Source of the DNA: Thermoanaerobaculia bacterium
Lineage (GTDB): Bacteria; Acidobacteriota; Thermoanaerobaculia; Multivoradales; JAGPDF01
Length of the DNA: 64,000 nucleotides
NCBI GenBank assembly: GCA_963712855.1
Contig: CAVQJN010000002.1
Location: forward strand, 804,405-868,404
Direction of reading: 5' to 3'
Shown: positions 1 to 7,798 of the stretch, piece after piece
Layout: every line of letters begins with the position of its first letter
Numbering within the stretch: the stretch's first letter is position 1
Made by a program: the position numbers and the translations under genes
The notes under the pieces: model-generated
Told to the model about the DNA's origin: nothing
Seen by the model: the letters and a program-made list of their open reading frames with translations, nothing else
Databases searched by the model: none

Positions 1-32
1 CAGCCCGGCCGAGCTTCCTCGGGGCGAGCCGC

Positions 33-906
33 ATGAGAAGCATCCGGGAAGCTCGAGATTCACCTCGTCCACAGCTGCAATCTGACCTGCGAGAGCTGCT
101 CCCATTATTCGAACCAGGGACACAAAGGGGTGCTCTCCCTGGAGGAAGCGGACGACTGGATGAGCGAGTGGAGCCGGCGGTTGAGCCCGGGCACCTTCTC
201 GCTGCTGGGAGGCGAGCCGACACTGCATCCCGATCTCGCCGAGTTCGTCGTGCTGGCCCGCAGGCACTGGCCGGCGGCCCACTTGCGGCTGGTGACCAAC
301 GGCTTCTTTCTCCACCGCCACCCGGACTTGCCCGCGGTGCTTCGACGCGATCGGGACGCCTGCCTCTACCTCTCGATGCATCACGACGCGCCGGAGTATC
401 TGCAGAAGCTGCGGCCCAACCTGGAGCTTCTGGAGCGCTGGCGCCGCGACTTCGGAGTGCGCGTCGAGACTTACCGCTCCTTCGAGAACTGGACCCGCCG
501 CTATCGGGGCGTCGGAAGCGCTATGAAGCCGTTCGCAGACGGGCAGCCGAGGCAGAGCTGGGAGCGCTGCCCGGCCAAGTACTGCGCCCAGCTCTTCGAA
601 GGAAAGATCTGGAAGTGCGCGCCCCTGGCCTATCTGCGGATGCAGGACGCCCGCCACGGCCTCTCGGGCGATTGGAAGCCCTATCTTCGCTACCAGCCGC
701 TGGCGCCCAGCTCCACCGACGAGCAGCTCGCGGAGTTCTTCGATCGCGAGGAGGAGCCCTCCTGCGCCATGTGCCCCGCGGATCCGGAGCGATTCAGAAT
801 GCCGGTGCCGTTGCGGGCTGCGAAGCCCCGTTCGAAGGAGGAGCGTGGAGAGCGGGCTCGGTGCCACGGACTCGCCGGGTATCTCCGATCCTCGGGCGAA
901 CGATAG
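33..906 (+). CDS. Radical SAM protein (5' end needs a 1-nt frame correction or an atypical start)
   Basis: The frame of ORF 130..906 stays open back to 37. Codons 76-99 encode CNLTCESC, the CxxxCxxC radical-SAM cluster motif, so the GTG at 130 is too far downstream. A LLGGEPTLHP motif and a Cys-rich C-terminus (CPAKYC..C..CAMCP) are present. There is an in-frame stop at 34-36, and the ATG at 33 is one frame off. Dropping one G of the run at 46-48 gives MRSIRKLEIHLVHSCNLTCESC. Confidence 0.7.
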
Positions 907-960
907 TCTCCCGAACGACGGCTGGCGCCGGGCGAAGCGGATGGGGGGAGCTGGGCCCGG

Positions 961-1065
961 ATGCTGTCGCTGTCGAGAAGGGAGTTCGCCGTGCGCCCGT
1001 TCCTGCTCGTTCTGTTCAGCTTGATGTTCGCGCAGCCCGGCTTCCAGCCAGGTCCGATTCTCTAG
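961..1065 (+). CDS. Small hydrophobic ORF (34 aa), hypothetical
   Basis: ATG at 961 and TAG at 1063-1065. It encodes MLSLSRREFAVRPFLLVLFSLMFAQPGFQPGPIL. Third codon positions are mostly G/C, and a G-rich stretch (GGGGGGAG) lies about 12 nt upstream. There is no recognisable family. Its 3' end contains a 14-mer shared with the repA-fragment junction at 17668. Confidence 0.2.
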   Translation: MLSLSRREFAVRPFLLVLFSLMFAQPGFQPGPIL

Positions 1066-1197
1066 GCCCCCCTCTCGGTGGGCGAGGACGAGCCCGCCGC
1101 ATGCCTCGTTGGCGAGGTCAAGGTCCGACGGCGGCTCCGACCATCGTAGCGCGCAGGTTTGGAGACGCAGATTCCGTCTTCCCTATGCGCAGAGAAG

Positions 1198-2530
1198 ATG
1201 GCCGCCGCCACTGCGGGCCCCCGCCTCTACCGCCCCCGCCGGCCCGAGCGCACGGTGCTCTATCGGGCGCTCGCGGCCGAATTCGAGCGCTTTCTCGGGG
1301 TCTACGAAGACCGCTTCGAGCGGACCCACGGGTACTTCAGACGAGCGGTCGAAAAAGCCGTCTACAGATACCTGGACTGCGGCATCTTCGCCCACGGAGT
1401 CGCGCGGGCGCACTGCTCCGAGTGCGGGCACGACGTGCTCGTCGCATTCTCGTGCAAGCTGCGCTGCCTTTGTCCCTCCTGCCACCAGAAGCGGGAGCTG
1501 CTCTGGACGGAATGGGCGGCTGAGCTTCTCGCCGAGGTGCCCCACCGGCAGGTCGTCTTCACCATCCCGAAGCGGCTGCGGATCTACTTCCGCTGCGATC
1601 GCAAGCTCCTCGGTGAGCTTCCCCGGCTGCGCGTGGAGAGCAATCCGGCTCTACTTCCGGGCTTGGTTCGACGGCCAGCCCGTCGTCCCCGGCGCCGTCG
1701 GCTTCCTCCAAACGGCCGGCGAGCTTCTCGGCTGGCACCCGCACCTCCACGTGCTCCTGAGCGATGGCGTCTGGCTGACGGACGGCACCTTCCGCCATCT
1801 GCTCGCCTTCGACTCTTCCGCGATCGAGAAGCTCTTCCGCGCCGAAGTGCTGCGCCTGCTCGTCGCGCGAGGCAAGCTCTCGGAAGAGGTCGTCGCCAAC
1901 CTGCTCAGTTGGCACCACCCCCAATAAGACTGGGGGCGCAGCAGCGGGTTCTCGGTGCACGCCGGAGCCCCCGTCGACTCCCGCCCCGAGGCCGTTCGTC
2001 TCGGCCGCTACGGCATCCGCTGCCCGCTCGTGCTCGAGCGATTGAGCTGGGACGAGACCTCCGGCGAAATCGTCTACCGCGCCCGAGCCGGGCACCGCGA
2101 TGGCCGGGGCGACTGCGTGGCTCGCTGGGACGTCCTCGAGTTCCTGGCCCGGGTGCTCGATCACGTTCCGGACCCGGGCCAGCAGCTGCTGCGCTATTGG
2201 GGTTGGTACAGCAACGCGGCTCGCGGCCGGCGTGAGCGCGTCGAAGGCAGGGCGAGCGCTGCGCCCGCTGGCGATTCGGCCACCGATTCCGACGAGGTCG
2301 AGAGCCGCCGGCGTCGGCTCACCTGGTCCCAGCTCATCCGCAAGGTCTACGAGCTCGACCCGCTGCTCTGCCCCTACTGCTGCGGATCGCAGCTCGAGAT
2401 CGTCGCCTTCGTGGTCGACTGGGTCTCTCTCCGGCGCCTGCTAACCCACCTGGGCTTCGCGCCCCAACAGCCGGAGCCCCTCGCCCACGCGCCGCCCCAC
2501 GACGCGGAACCCCGCCGCGCTCACGCCTGA
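1198..2530 (+). pseudogene. IS91-family transposase (Zn-binding N-terminus plus HUH/Y2 core), disrupted
   Basis: The N-terminal Zn-finger region (HCSECGHDVLVAFSCKLRCLCPSCHQK) lies in the frame of ORF 1159..2235, starting from the ATG at 1198. The core with the HUH-like motif (GELLGWHPHLHVLLSDG) continues in the frame of ORF 1109..1927 after a shift near 1620. An in-frame TAA lies at 1925-1927. The C-terminal part ([12 protein letters not shown]...CPYC) is in ORF 1955..2530. Confidence 0.8.
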
Positions 2531-2568
2531 TCCGCCCGGCACGCTCCGGGTTCGCTCGAGCTCTGGCC

Positions 2569-2732
2569 CCCCTACGCTTCTCCCAACGGAATCTACAACC
2601 CGGCGATCAGCAGCCGTTCCGAGCCTGTCCTCGGCTAGTCCTCCCGGCTCGGTTCAACTCCAAGACGCCCCCGCACCGCGAACTCTTGACGGGTGCTACG
2701 CTCGCGCCAGAAAGCAATTTCCTACACGGTGA
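2569..2732 (+). repeat. IS91-like ori-end module, copy 1 (164 bp, hairpin segment deleted)
   Basis: It aligns with 8473-8680, 14233-14440 and 19901-20105. The 44-nt segment GAGAC plus hairpin that the other copies carry is missing between CCTACGC and TTCTCCCAAC (about 2577/2578). Confidence 0.85.
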
Positions 2733-2767
2733 CACGGTCGGTACACGGTACACGGTACACGGTGAGT

Positions 2768-3010
2768 GACGCCTCGCCGGCCGCCGACCTGTGGGCCGCG
2801 GTCAAGGCCGACACCTTGTCGCTCACCTCGTGGCAGGTCGGCATGTACGGCTGGATGGCCATCGCCACCTTCGCCATCTTCGGCCACCCCATCGACAAGA
2901 CCGGCCCGGTGTTCTGGTTCATGATGCAGATCGCCATGCTGTTCGGTTTTGCCACCGCCTACCCGGTCAACGCCTGGCTGATCAGGGTCGGCATCAAGGG
3001 GTCGATGTAG
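2768..3010 (+). pseudogene. 5'-truncated membrane protein fragment (DUF4396-like C-terminus)
   Basis: The tail of ORF 2693..3010 (KADTLSLTSWQVGMYGWMAIATFAIFG...FWFMMQIAMLFGFATAYPVNAWLIRVGIKGSM) resembles, from memory, the C-terminal half of DUF4396 proteins. No N-terminal part is present, and the ORF runs straight out of the IS91 ori end and the heptamer repeats. Confidence 0.4.
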
Positions 3011-3060
3011 CACTCGGCGGGCTCGGCCCGGTTCGGCTGCAACGCGGTAACAGCCGTCAC

Positions 3061-3432
3061 TCAGAACACCATGGCGTGATCCACCAGCCACTTGCCATCG
3101 ACCGGCACAAACACCGCTTCGGCCACGAACTCGTCCGTCGAGCGGGAGCAGGTCTGTTTCCACACCACCGCCACGGATGTGCTGCGACGGAACAGGGCGC
3201 GAAACTCGCGCGCTTCGAAGGTGCCGATGCGCTGCTGGTAGTCGGCGCACATCGCCTGCAGCCGTTCTGGCGTGACCATGGCGCGCATGCGTGCGGTGAA
3301 GTCGCGCGTGTGTCGGGCGTGGTCGATCTCGGTCGAGCCCTGCATCAGGTTGTCCATGATGGGCTCGACGATGGCGAGGATTTCCCGGTCGGACAGGTCC
3401 GCAATGGATGGCATGTTGAAGTCCTCCTGCAA
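3061..3432 (-). CDS. Hypothetical protein
   Basis: A 123-aa ORF with plausible composition and no motif I can name. An alternative start is MPSIADL at 3414. It lies in a co-oriented gene string with the VOC genes. Confidence 0.5.
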   Translation of the reverse strand: MQEDFNMPSIADLSDREILAIVEPIMDNLMQGSTEIDHARHTRDFTARMRAMVTPERLQAMCADYQQRIGTFEAREFRALFRRSTSVAVVWKQTCSRSTDEFVAEAVFVPVDGKWLVDHAMVF

Positions 3433-3439
3433 TGGCTGC

Positions 3440-3832
3440 TCAGTAGGCCGGTTCGCGCACCTGGAACACGTTGCCTTCGGGGTCGTAGCCGTCGCATGCA
3501 GTGAAGCCGCGCGCCTGCCACTGCTTTTCCGCGCCGCCTATTTCGCCGCCCAGCAAGGCGGCACGTGCGCGCGCCGCTTCGATGCTCTCCACCGGCAGGC
3601 AAACCTTTATCGGCATTGCGTCGCGGACACGCGGCGGCGTGGTGATCTCGATGCTGTCGGCAATCTTCTTCGGGATGCCGTGCAGCACCAGCTGGAAGTG
3701 GCCACCGTCGAGCACGACGTGCGCGCGGTCACCGTGCACCTCGACCATGTCCACCACCTCCCGGTAGAAGCGGGCCATCTTTTTCACGTCCTTGGCGAAC
3801 ACCACGGCGCTGGGTTTGGGCTTGTCGCTCAC
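3440..3832 (-). CDS. VOC (glyoxalase/bleomycin-resistance/dioxygenase) family protein
   Basis: A 130-aa ORF of VOC-like size and pattern (VVFAKDVKKMARFYREVV..., C-terminal GYDPEGNVFQV). It overlaps the next VOC gene by 4 nt. Confidence 0.65.
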   Translation of the reverse strand: MSDKPKPSAVVFAKDVKKMARFYREVVDMVEVHGDRAHVVLDGGHFQLVLHGIPKKIADSIEITTPPRVRDAMPIKVCLPVESIEAARARAALLGGEIGGAEKQWQARGFTACDGYDPEGNVFQVREPAY

Positions 3833-4206
3833 TCGCTTTCTCCTTCAATGACCTGGCCAATGTCGATCTGGTTGCCATCCGGGTCGGCAACACGGAAATC
3901 GCGCAGGCCGTAGTGGCGGTTGCCGATGGGCACGACGATGTCCGCGCCGGCCTGGACCATGCGCTGGTGCCAGGCATCGATGCCGGATACGCGGATGCTG
4001 GCGCGCGAGGGCCCGGCCGGGCGGGCATCGGCGCGCTGTGCAAGCGTGATTTCCACCGCATCCCGGCATATCGATGCCAGGGTGGCCGGCTCGCCCCATG
4101 TCCAGGCGACGTCGAAACCCAGTGTGTTCTGGTAGAACTGCAAGGCGCGGGACAGGTCGTGCACCCCGAACACGGGCGAGATCGATTCAAGTGTGGTCTG
4201 TGTCAT
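3829..4206 (-). CDS. VOC family protein, bleomycin-binding-protein-like
   Basis: SPVFGVHDLSRALQFYQNTLGF...YGLRDFRVADPDGNQIDIGQ is the typical glyoxalase/bleomycin-resistance fold signature. Confidence 0.7.
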   Translation of the reverse strand: MTQTTLESISPVFGVHDLSRALQFYQNTLGFDVAWTWGEPATLASICRDAVEITLAQRADARPAGPSRASIRVSGIDAWHQRMVQAGADIVVPIGNRHYGLRDFRVADPDGNQIDIGQVIEGESE

Positions 4207-4362
4207 GCCGCTTTCTCCGTGGAAATGATCGTCGTTGCCGGCGTCAGCCTGTGCTCGGGCGACGGCACCCAGTGCTCCATTTCGCTGATGGCTGGCAGGG
4301 GCATCGTGCTGGCCTTTTTCATGGATGGGGTGCTCCTTGCCAGCAGTCTTGCTGCAGGCCGT

Positions 4363-4839
4363 TCAGCTCTGGCCGTCATCGGTTTCATCCTGGCGCCCGA
4401 TGTCGATCAGGAGTGCCAGCGTGCGCCGGGTCGTGCTGACCGCCTGCTTGCCTGCGCGGGTGATCAGCTCGGCATCAATCGCGTCGCGCGCGCGGGTCTG
4501 CGCCACGGCCGCGGCCCGGCCACGATCGGTCAGGGTCACGTTGAGCCTGCGTCGGTCATGCGGGTCCACGCTGCGCTCGAGGTAGCCGCGCGTGACCAGG
4601 GTGTCGACAAGCTGCCCGGCGGCCTGCTTGGAAATGCGCAACTGGCGGATGAGCTGCCCCAGCGGCACATCCGCGTCGTCCATGGCCAGGCCGCCGATGA
4701 GATACAGGCCGTTGCCGGGAATGTCGTCGTAGCCCTCGGCTTCAAGCGCGCGGCGCATCGCCGTGCCGTAGGTGCTGCGTGCGTGCCGCAGCAGAGCAGG
4801 GGTGGTGACGCGTTCGTATCGGGGCAGGTCGTCGGACAT
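4363..4839 (-). CDS. MarR family transcriptional regulator
   Basis: A winged-helix segment, QLIRQLRISKQAAGQLVDTLVTRGYLERSVDPHDRRRLNVTLTDRG, is the classic MarR pattern. Confidence 0.8.
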   Translation of the reverse strand: MSDDLPRYERVTTPALLRHARSTYGTAMRRALEAEGYDDIPGNGLYLIGGLAMDDADVPLGQLIRQLRISKQAAGQLVDTLVTRGYLERSVDPHDRRRLNVTLTDRGRAAAVAQTRARDAIDAELITRAGKQAVSTTRRTLALLIDIGRQDETDDGQS

Positions 4840-4967
4840 GGGGGAATAAAGTCAATTAGATTGATAGTCAATATACAGGACTAAATTGGCATGTCAAGCC
4901 CTGTGGCGCCACGGGCGCCACAATCAGGCCACCGCGATCAGTTCAGATCACTTGCCCCGCTCTCGGC

Positions 4968-5402
4968 TCAGGCATCGTCGCCCGTCAGGAACCGGACCTT
5001 GCCAATCCATCCCCGCTGGCGTCGCGCCAGGCGCTCCTCGGCGGTTTCCTGCGCAAAGCTTGCCGGCGCATGCTGCAACAGGGCCGGGTCCACACCATCG
5101 AAGGCATGGACGCTGACCACGGCGTACACACGGCCTTCGATCTCGGAGGTGACGACCGGCACCACACCGCAGCGGCGGCAGACGTGGAACTGGGCGGTCC
5201 GGGTGTCGAATGCATAGCGCGATACCTGCGCCGAGTCCCGGACCATGACCTCGAGCGTGCCCGAGGGGCAGGATGTCCAGACACCGCCGTGCTTCGTGCA
5301 GAACGAGCAGGTGCAGGCACGCGCCGGAATCGTGGTCGGCTCGGGCTCCCAGGCCAGGGTGAACGCAATAGTGCCGCAGTGACAGCTTCCCTTGATCAGC
5401 AT
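4968..5402 (-). CDS. GFA (glutathione-dependent formaldehyde-activating/CENP-V-like) family protein
   Basis: MLIKGSCHCGTIAF...CTCSFCTKHG...CRRCG matches the Cys-rich GFA pattern. The start is taken at the internal ATG at 5402 (plus strand reads cat at 5400-5402) rather than at the ORF-track start 5468. Confidence 0.7.
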   Translation of the reverse strand: MLIKGSCHCGTIAFTLAWEPEPTTIPARACTCSFCTKHGGVWTSCPSGTLEVMVRDSAQVSRYAFDTRTAQFHVCRRCGVVPVVTSEIEGRVYAVVSVHAFDGVDPALLQHAPASFAQETAEERLARRQRGWIGKVRFLTGDDA

Positions 5403-5480
5403 GAGCGGTTTCCTCGTTTTATCGGGCAGCGAGTCCCGCGCAACGCGTTGGGACTGCAGCCCCCGCAAGCGTGATGCTAG

Positions 5481-6282
5481 GGCCTGTTAACACTACCGAA
5501 GAGATTCTACGACGAGCGCAAAGCATAGGAAGGCCATGAACATGACGTCGAGCTTGTCGAATCGGCTGAAGATGCGACGAAAGCCCTTGAGTCTTCGAAA
5601 CAGGCGCTCGATTTCATTGCGGCGACGGTACCAGGTCTTGCTGTAGGACCAAGGATGGGGGCGTGTGATCTTGGGCGGCACAACAGGGATAAGGTCCAGA
5701 TCCAAGGCGAGTTGCCGGGTTTCGAGGCCCTCGTAGGCCCGATCCATGATGAGTCGACATCGCTTCGGTAGCTCCGGCAAAGTGCGGAGCAACTCGCGAC
5801 CCGCAGGAGCATCATGGGCTTGCCCCTCCGTCAGGGAGAACGCAATGGCACACCGAGCATCCGCGGCAACCATATGAATCTTGGTGGTCCATCCGCCGCG
5901 GGATTTTCCGATGGCTTGCCGGCCGTTTTTTTTAGAGCACCCGTGCCGTCGGGATGCACCTTGACGATCGTGCTATCCAGGCTGACCGCTTCGATCTTGA
6001 TCCGAACCAGCTGATGGCGCTGCATCTCTTCGAACAGGCGATCCAGCACTCCAGCTTTTGCCCAGCGGTTCATTCGAGTGTAGACCGTGTGCCAGTTTCC
6101 AAAGCGCTTCGGCAAGCCGCGCCACTTGCAACCGTGCTCCGCGACGTACAAGATCGCGTTGATCACTTGCAAGTTGCTGAGGCTGACGTTCCCGCGCTGC
6201 ACCGGAAGAATGGCCTCGATGCGTCTGAACTGTGCGGCCGTGATCTCCATGCCGCTACGATATCACTTAGTGTTAACATGCC
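5481..6282 (-). mobile_element. IS5-family (IS427-like) insertion sequence, apparently intact, 802 bp
   Basis: The terminal inverted repeats are GGCCTGTTAACACTA (5481-5495) and TAGTGTTAACATGCC (6268-6282), matching at 14 of 15 positions. It is flanked by a direct CTAG at 5477-5480 and 6283-6286, a target-site duplication typical of IS5-type elements. Confidence 0.85.
5493..6250 (-). CDS. IS5-family transposase, OrfA/OrfAB via programmed -1 frameshift
   Basis: OrfA is ORF 5831..6250 (MEITAAQFRRIEAILP...GCKWRGLP). OrfB is ORF 5493..5873, extended upstream (KKNGRQAIGKSRGGWTTKIHMVAADAR...DRAYEG...NEIERLFRRLKGFRRI). The two frames overlap at an A8 run on the minus strand (T8 at 5926-5933). Frame arithmetic fits a -1 shift. 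Confidence 0.8.
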
Positions 6283-6636
6283 CTAGCTGGCAGAGGTCGT
6301 TCCCTTGCGCGGGCGCCGGCGTGCCCTGGGCTTGGGCGCCGGCAAGGCTGCCGAGGTGGCCAGGACAAGCGCCTGCAGTGCATCGACGTCGTCCAGCAGT
6401 TCATCGGCAACCGGGTAATCCTTTGCGCCCGGATAGGGCGGACCCAGGGGCAGGTCCGGTGCCAGGGTCTCCGTGGCTTTGGTGGGTTTGACAAACAGGC
6501 TGTTGTCGCAGACCAGCGCGACCACCTTGCCGTCATGGTACAGCGCGTATTCGCCAAACATCTTGCGGCAACTGAGCGCGTCACCCAGCCCGGCCTGTTC
6601 AAGTACATAGTCGACAAAGTCGCTGTCTGTTGCCAT
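6283..6636 (-). CDS. TfoX N-terminal domain protein
   Basis: MATDSDFVDYVLEQ...CRKMFGEYALYHDGKVVALVCDNSLFVK matches the TfoX_N pattern. The start is taken at the ATG at 6636. The stop codon (plus strand reads cta at 6283-6285) lies inside the CTAG target duplication of the IS5 element. Confidence 0.6.
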   Translation of the reverse strand: MATDSDFVDYVLEQAGLGDALSCRKMFGEYALYHDGKVVALVCDNSLFVKPTKATETLAPDLPLGPPYPGAKDYPVADELLDDVDALQALVLATSAALPAPKPRARRRPRKGTTSAS

Positions 6637-6748
6637 GTCAGATTGCCTCTCCGGCTGTTTGAACCCCATGGTAGCCGGTTGCTTTCATCGCACCAGGCAC
6701 CAGACGCGCAGCAAGGCGGCCCTTGCAGGCGATCAGCCGGCCATGTAC

Positions 6749-7360
6749 TCAGGCGACGCTGCGCGCCGCCACGCTCAGGGCCACCGTGACATTGGCGCTG
6801 GCGTGCAGCAGCCACGGCCCGAGGATCGAATGCGAACGGGTCCTCAGCCAGCCTGCAAACAGCCCGCCGACCAGCACCAGCGGCAGCACCATCCAGATCG
6901 ACGGCATGACCAACAGCACCAGCACATGCGGCGCCAGAAACACCAGCGCCTGCAGCAGGTTGGCCCAGATCAGTGGCAGCCGCCGGCCCAGGCTGCCGGC
7001 AATGAGGCCGCGGAACAGAAACTCCTCGGCAAAACCGGTCTGCAGCACGCCGTACAGCAGCGCCATGACAACAGCGGGAATGCCAAGCCCAAGCCCGGCA
7101 AAGGACGCAAAGCCGGAGCCCCTGGCGGTGGAGCTTGCCAGTGACGGCGGAAACACCAGCAGCGCCATGACGAGGACGACGGCAGCGACAGCCGCATAGC
7201 CGAGATAGCGCGGGTCACCCATCTGCAATCCGGCTCGCCGCGTCACCTCGGCAAAACGGCGGCCGTGCCGCCAGCGGTGATCGCCGTAATAGACGCCCAG
7301 CGGAATCACCACCAGGACCACGACATTCACAAGAGCAGACATCAGGGCTTGGATCAGCAT
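6749..7360 (-). CDS. CPBP family intramembrane glutamic endopeptidase (CAAX protease/Abi-like)
   Basis: A multi-TM protein with the EEFLFRG motif and downstream His motifs (LAPHVL, LLHASAN). Confidence 0.75.
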   Translation of the reverse strand: MLIQALMSALVNVVVLVVIPLGVYYGDHRWRHGRRFAEVTRRAGLQMGDPRYLGYAAVAAVVLVMALLVFPPSLASSTARGSGFASFAGLGLGIPAVVMALLYGVLQTGFAEEFLFRGLIAGSLGRRLPLIWANLLQALVFLAPHVLVLLVMPSIWMVLPLVLVGGLFAGWLRTRSHSILGPWLLHASANVTVALSVAARSVA

Positions 7361-7426
7361 GACGGGATCTCCTTGGTACGTGTTGCAGCCTGGCCGAGCC
7401 GGGTATGCCCGGCGCAGCTCAGGGCC

Positions 7427-7798
7427 TCAGCGATGCTGGTCGATCAGCACCGGGTTGCCGTCCGGGTCGACCAGGGTGATGTGTTCCGGGCCCGTGCTGT
7501 CGGTATCGGCCTCGCGGGTCAGCTCTATGCCGCGCGCCTTGAGTTCACGCTGAATCTCGCGCACATCGGTAAACGGATCCTCCGGCTGCGCATTCTTGCC
7601 CCAGCCGGGATTGAAGGTGAGCATGTTGCGCTCGAACATGCCCTGGAACAGGCCGATGGTATGGCCGCGGTTGCGCAGCACCAGCCAGTTCTGCTCCTGG
7701 TCGCCGCCGGTGACCTCGAAACCGAGCTTCTCGTAGAAGGCGCGCGACGCGGCAATGTCCTTGACGGCCAGACTGATGGAAAAGGCACCAAGATTCAT
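7427..7798 (-). CDS. VOC (glyoxalase) family protein
   Basis: [29 protein letters not shown]...[13 protein letters not shown]. The start is at the ATG at 7798 (plus strand reads cat at 7796-7798). The upstream part of ORF 7427..8071 is antisense to the IS91 fragment. Confidence 0.7.
   Translation of the reverse strand: MNLGAFSISLAVKDIAASRAFYEKLGFEVTGGDQEQNWLVLRNRGHTIGLFQGMFERNMLTFNPGWGKNAQPEDPFTDVREIQRELKARGIELTREADTDSTGPEHITLVDPDGNPVLIDQHR

Larger units (their letters stand above)
1178..2732 (+). mobile_element. IS91-family (rolling-circle) insertion sequence, copy A, near full length with inactivated transposase
   Basis: It contains an IS91-type transposase gene followed by the conserved ori-end module ending TTTCCTACACGG(TGA) at 2729-2732. 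A related motif, CTTCCCTATGCGC, lies at 1178-1190, 8 nt upstream of the transposase ATG. The left boundary is inferred from that motif only. Confidence 0.7.

Noticed and set aside
33-1523. Very long ORFs with Arg/Ala/Pro/Gly-rich translations. Examples are 33..1523(+), 8644..10008(-), the first 2.1 kb of 9603..12332(+), 12378..14294(-), 27085..29217(-), 38639..40861(+), 44513..46435(-), 46462..48489(+) and 49838..51472(-).
   Set aside because: They lie antisense to, or out of frame with, genes that carry clear family motifs. Their low-complexity composition is typical of shadow ORFs in ~70% GC DNA. None showed a recognisable motif.
2742-2762. Tandem TACACGG x3, considered as a CRISPR or microsatellite locus.
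   Set aside because: The repeat unit is only 7 nt with no spacers, so it is not a CRISPR array. It is identical to the IS91-like terminal motif and is better explained as an end-reiteration footprint (reported as a finding).
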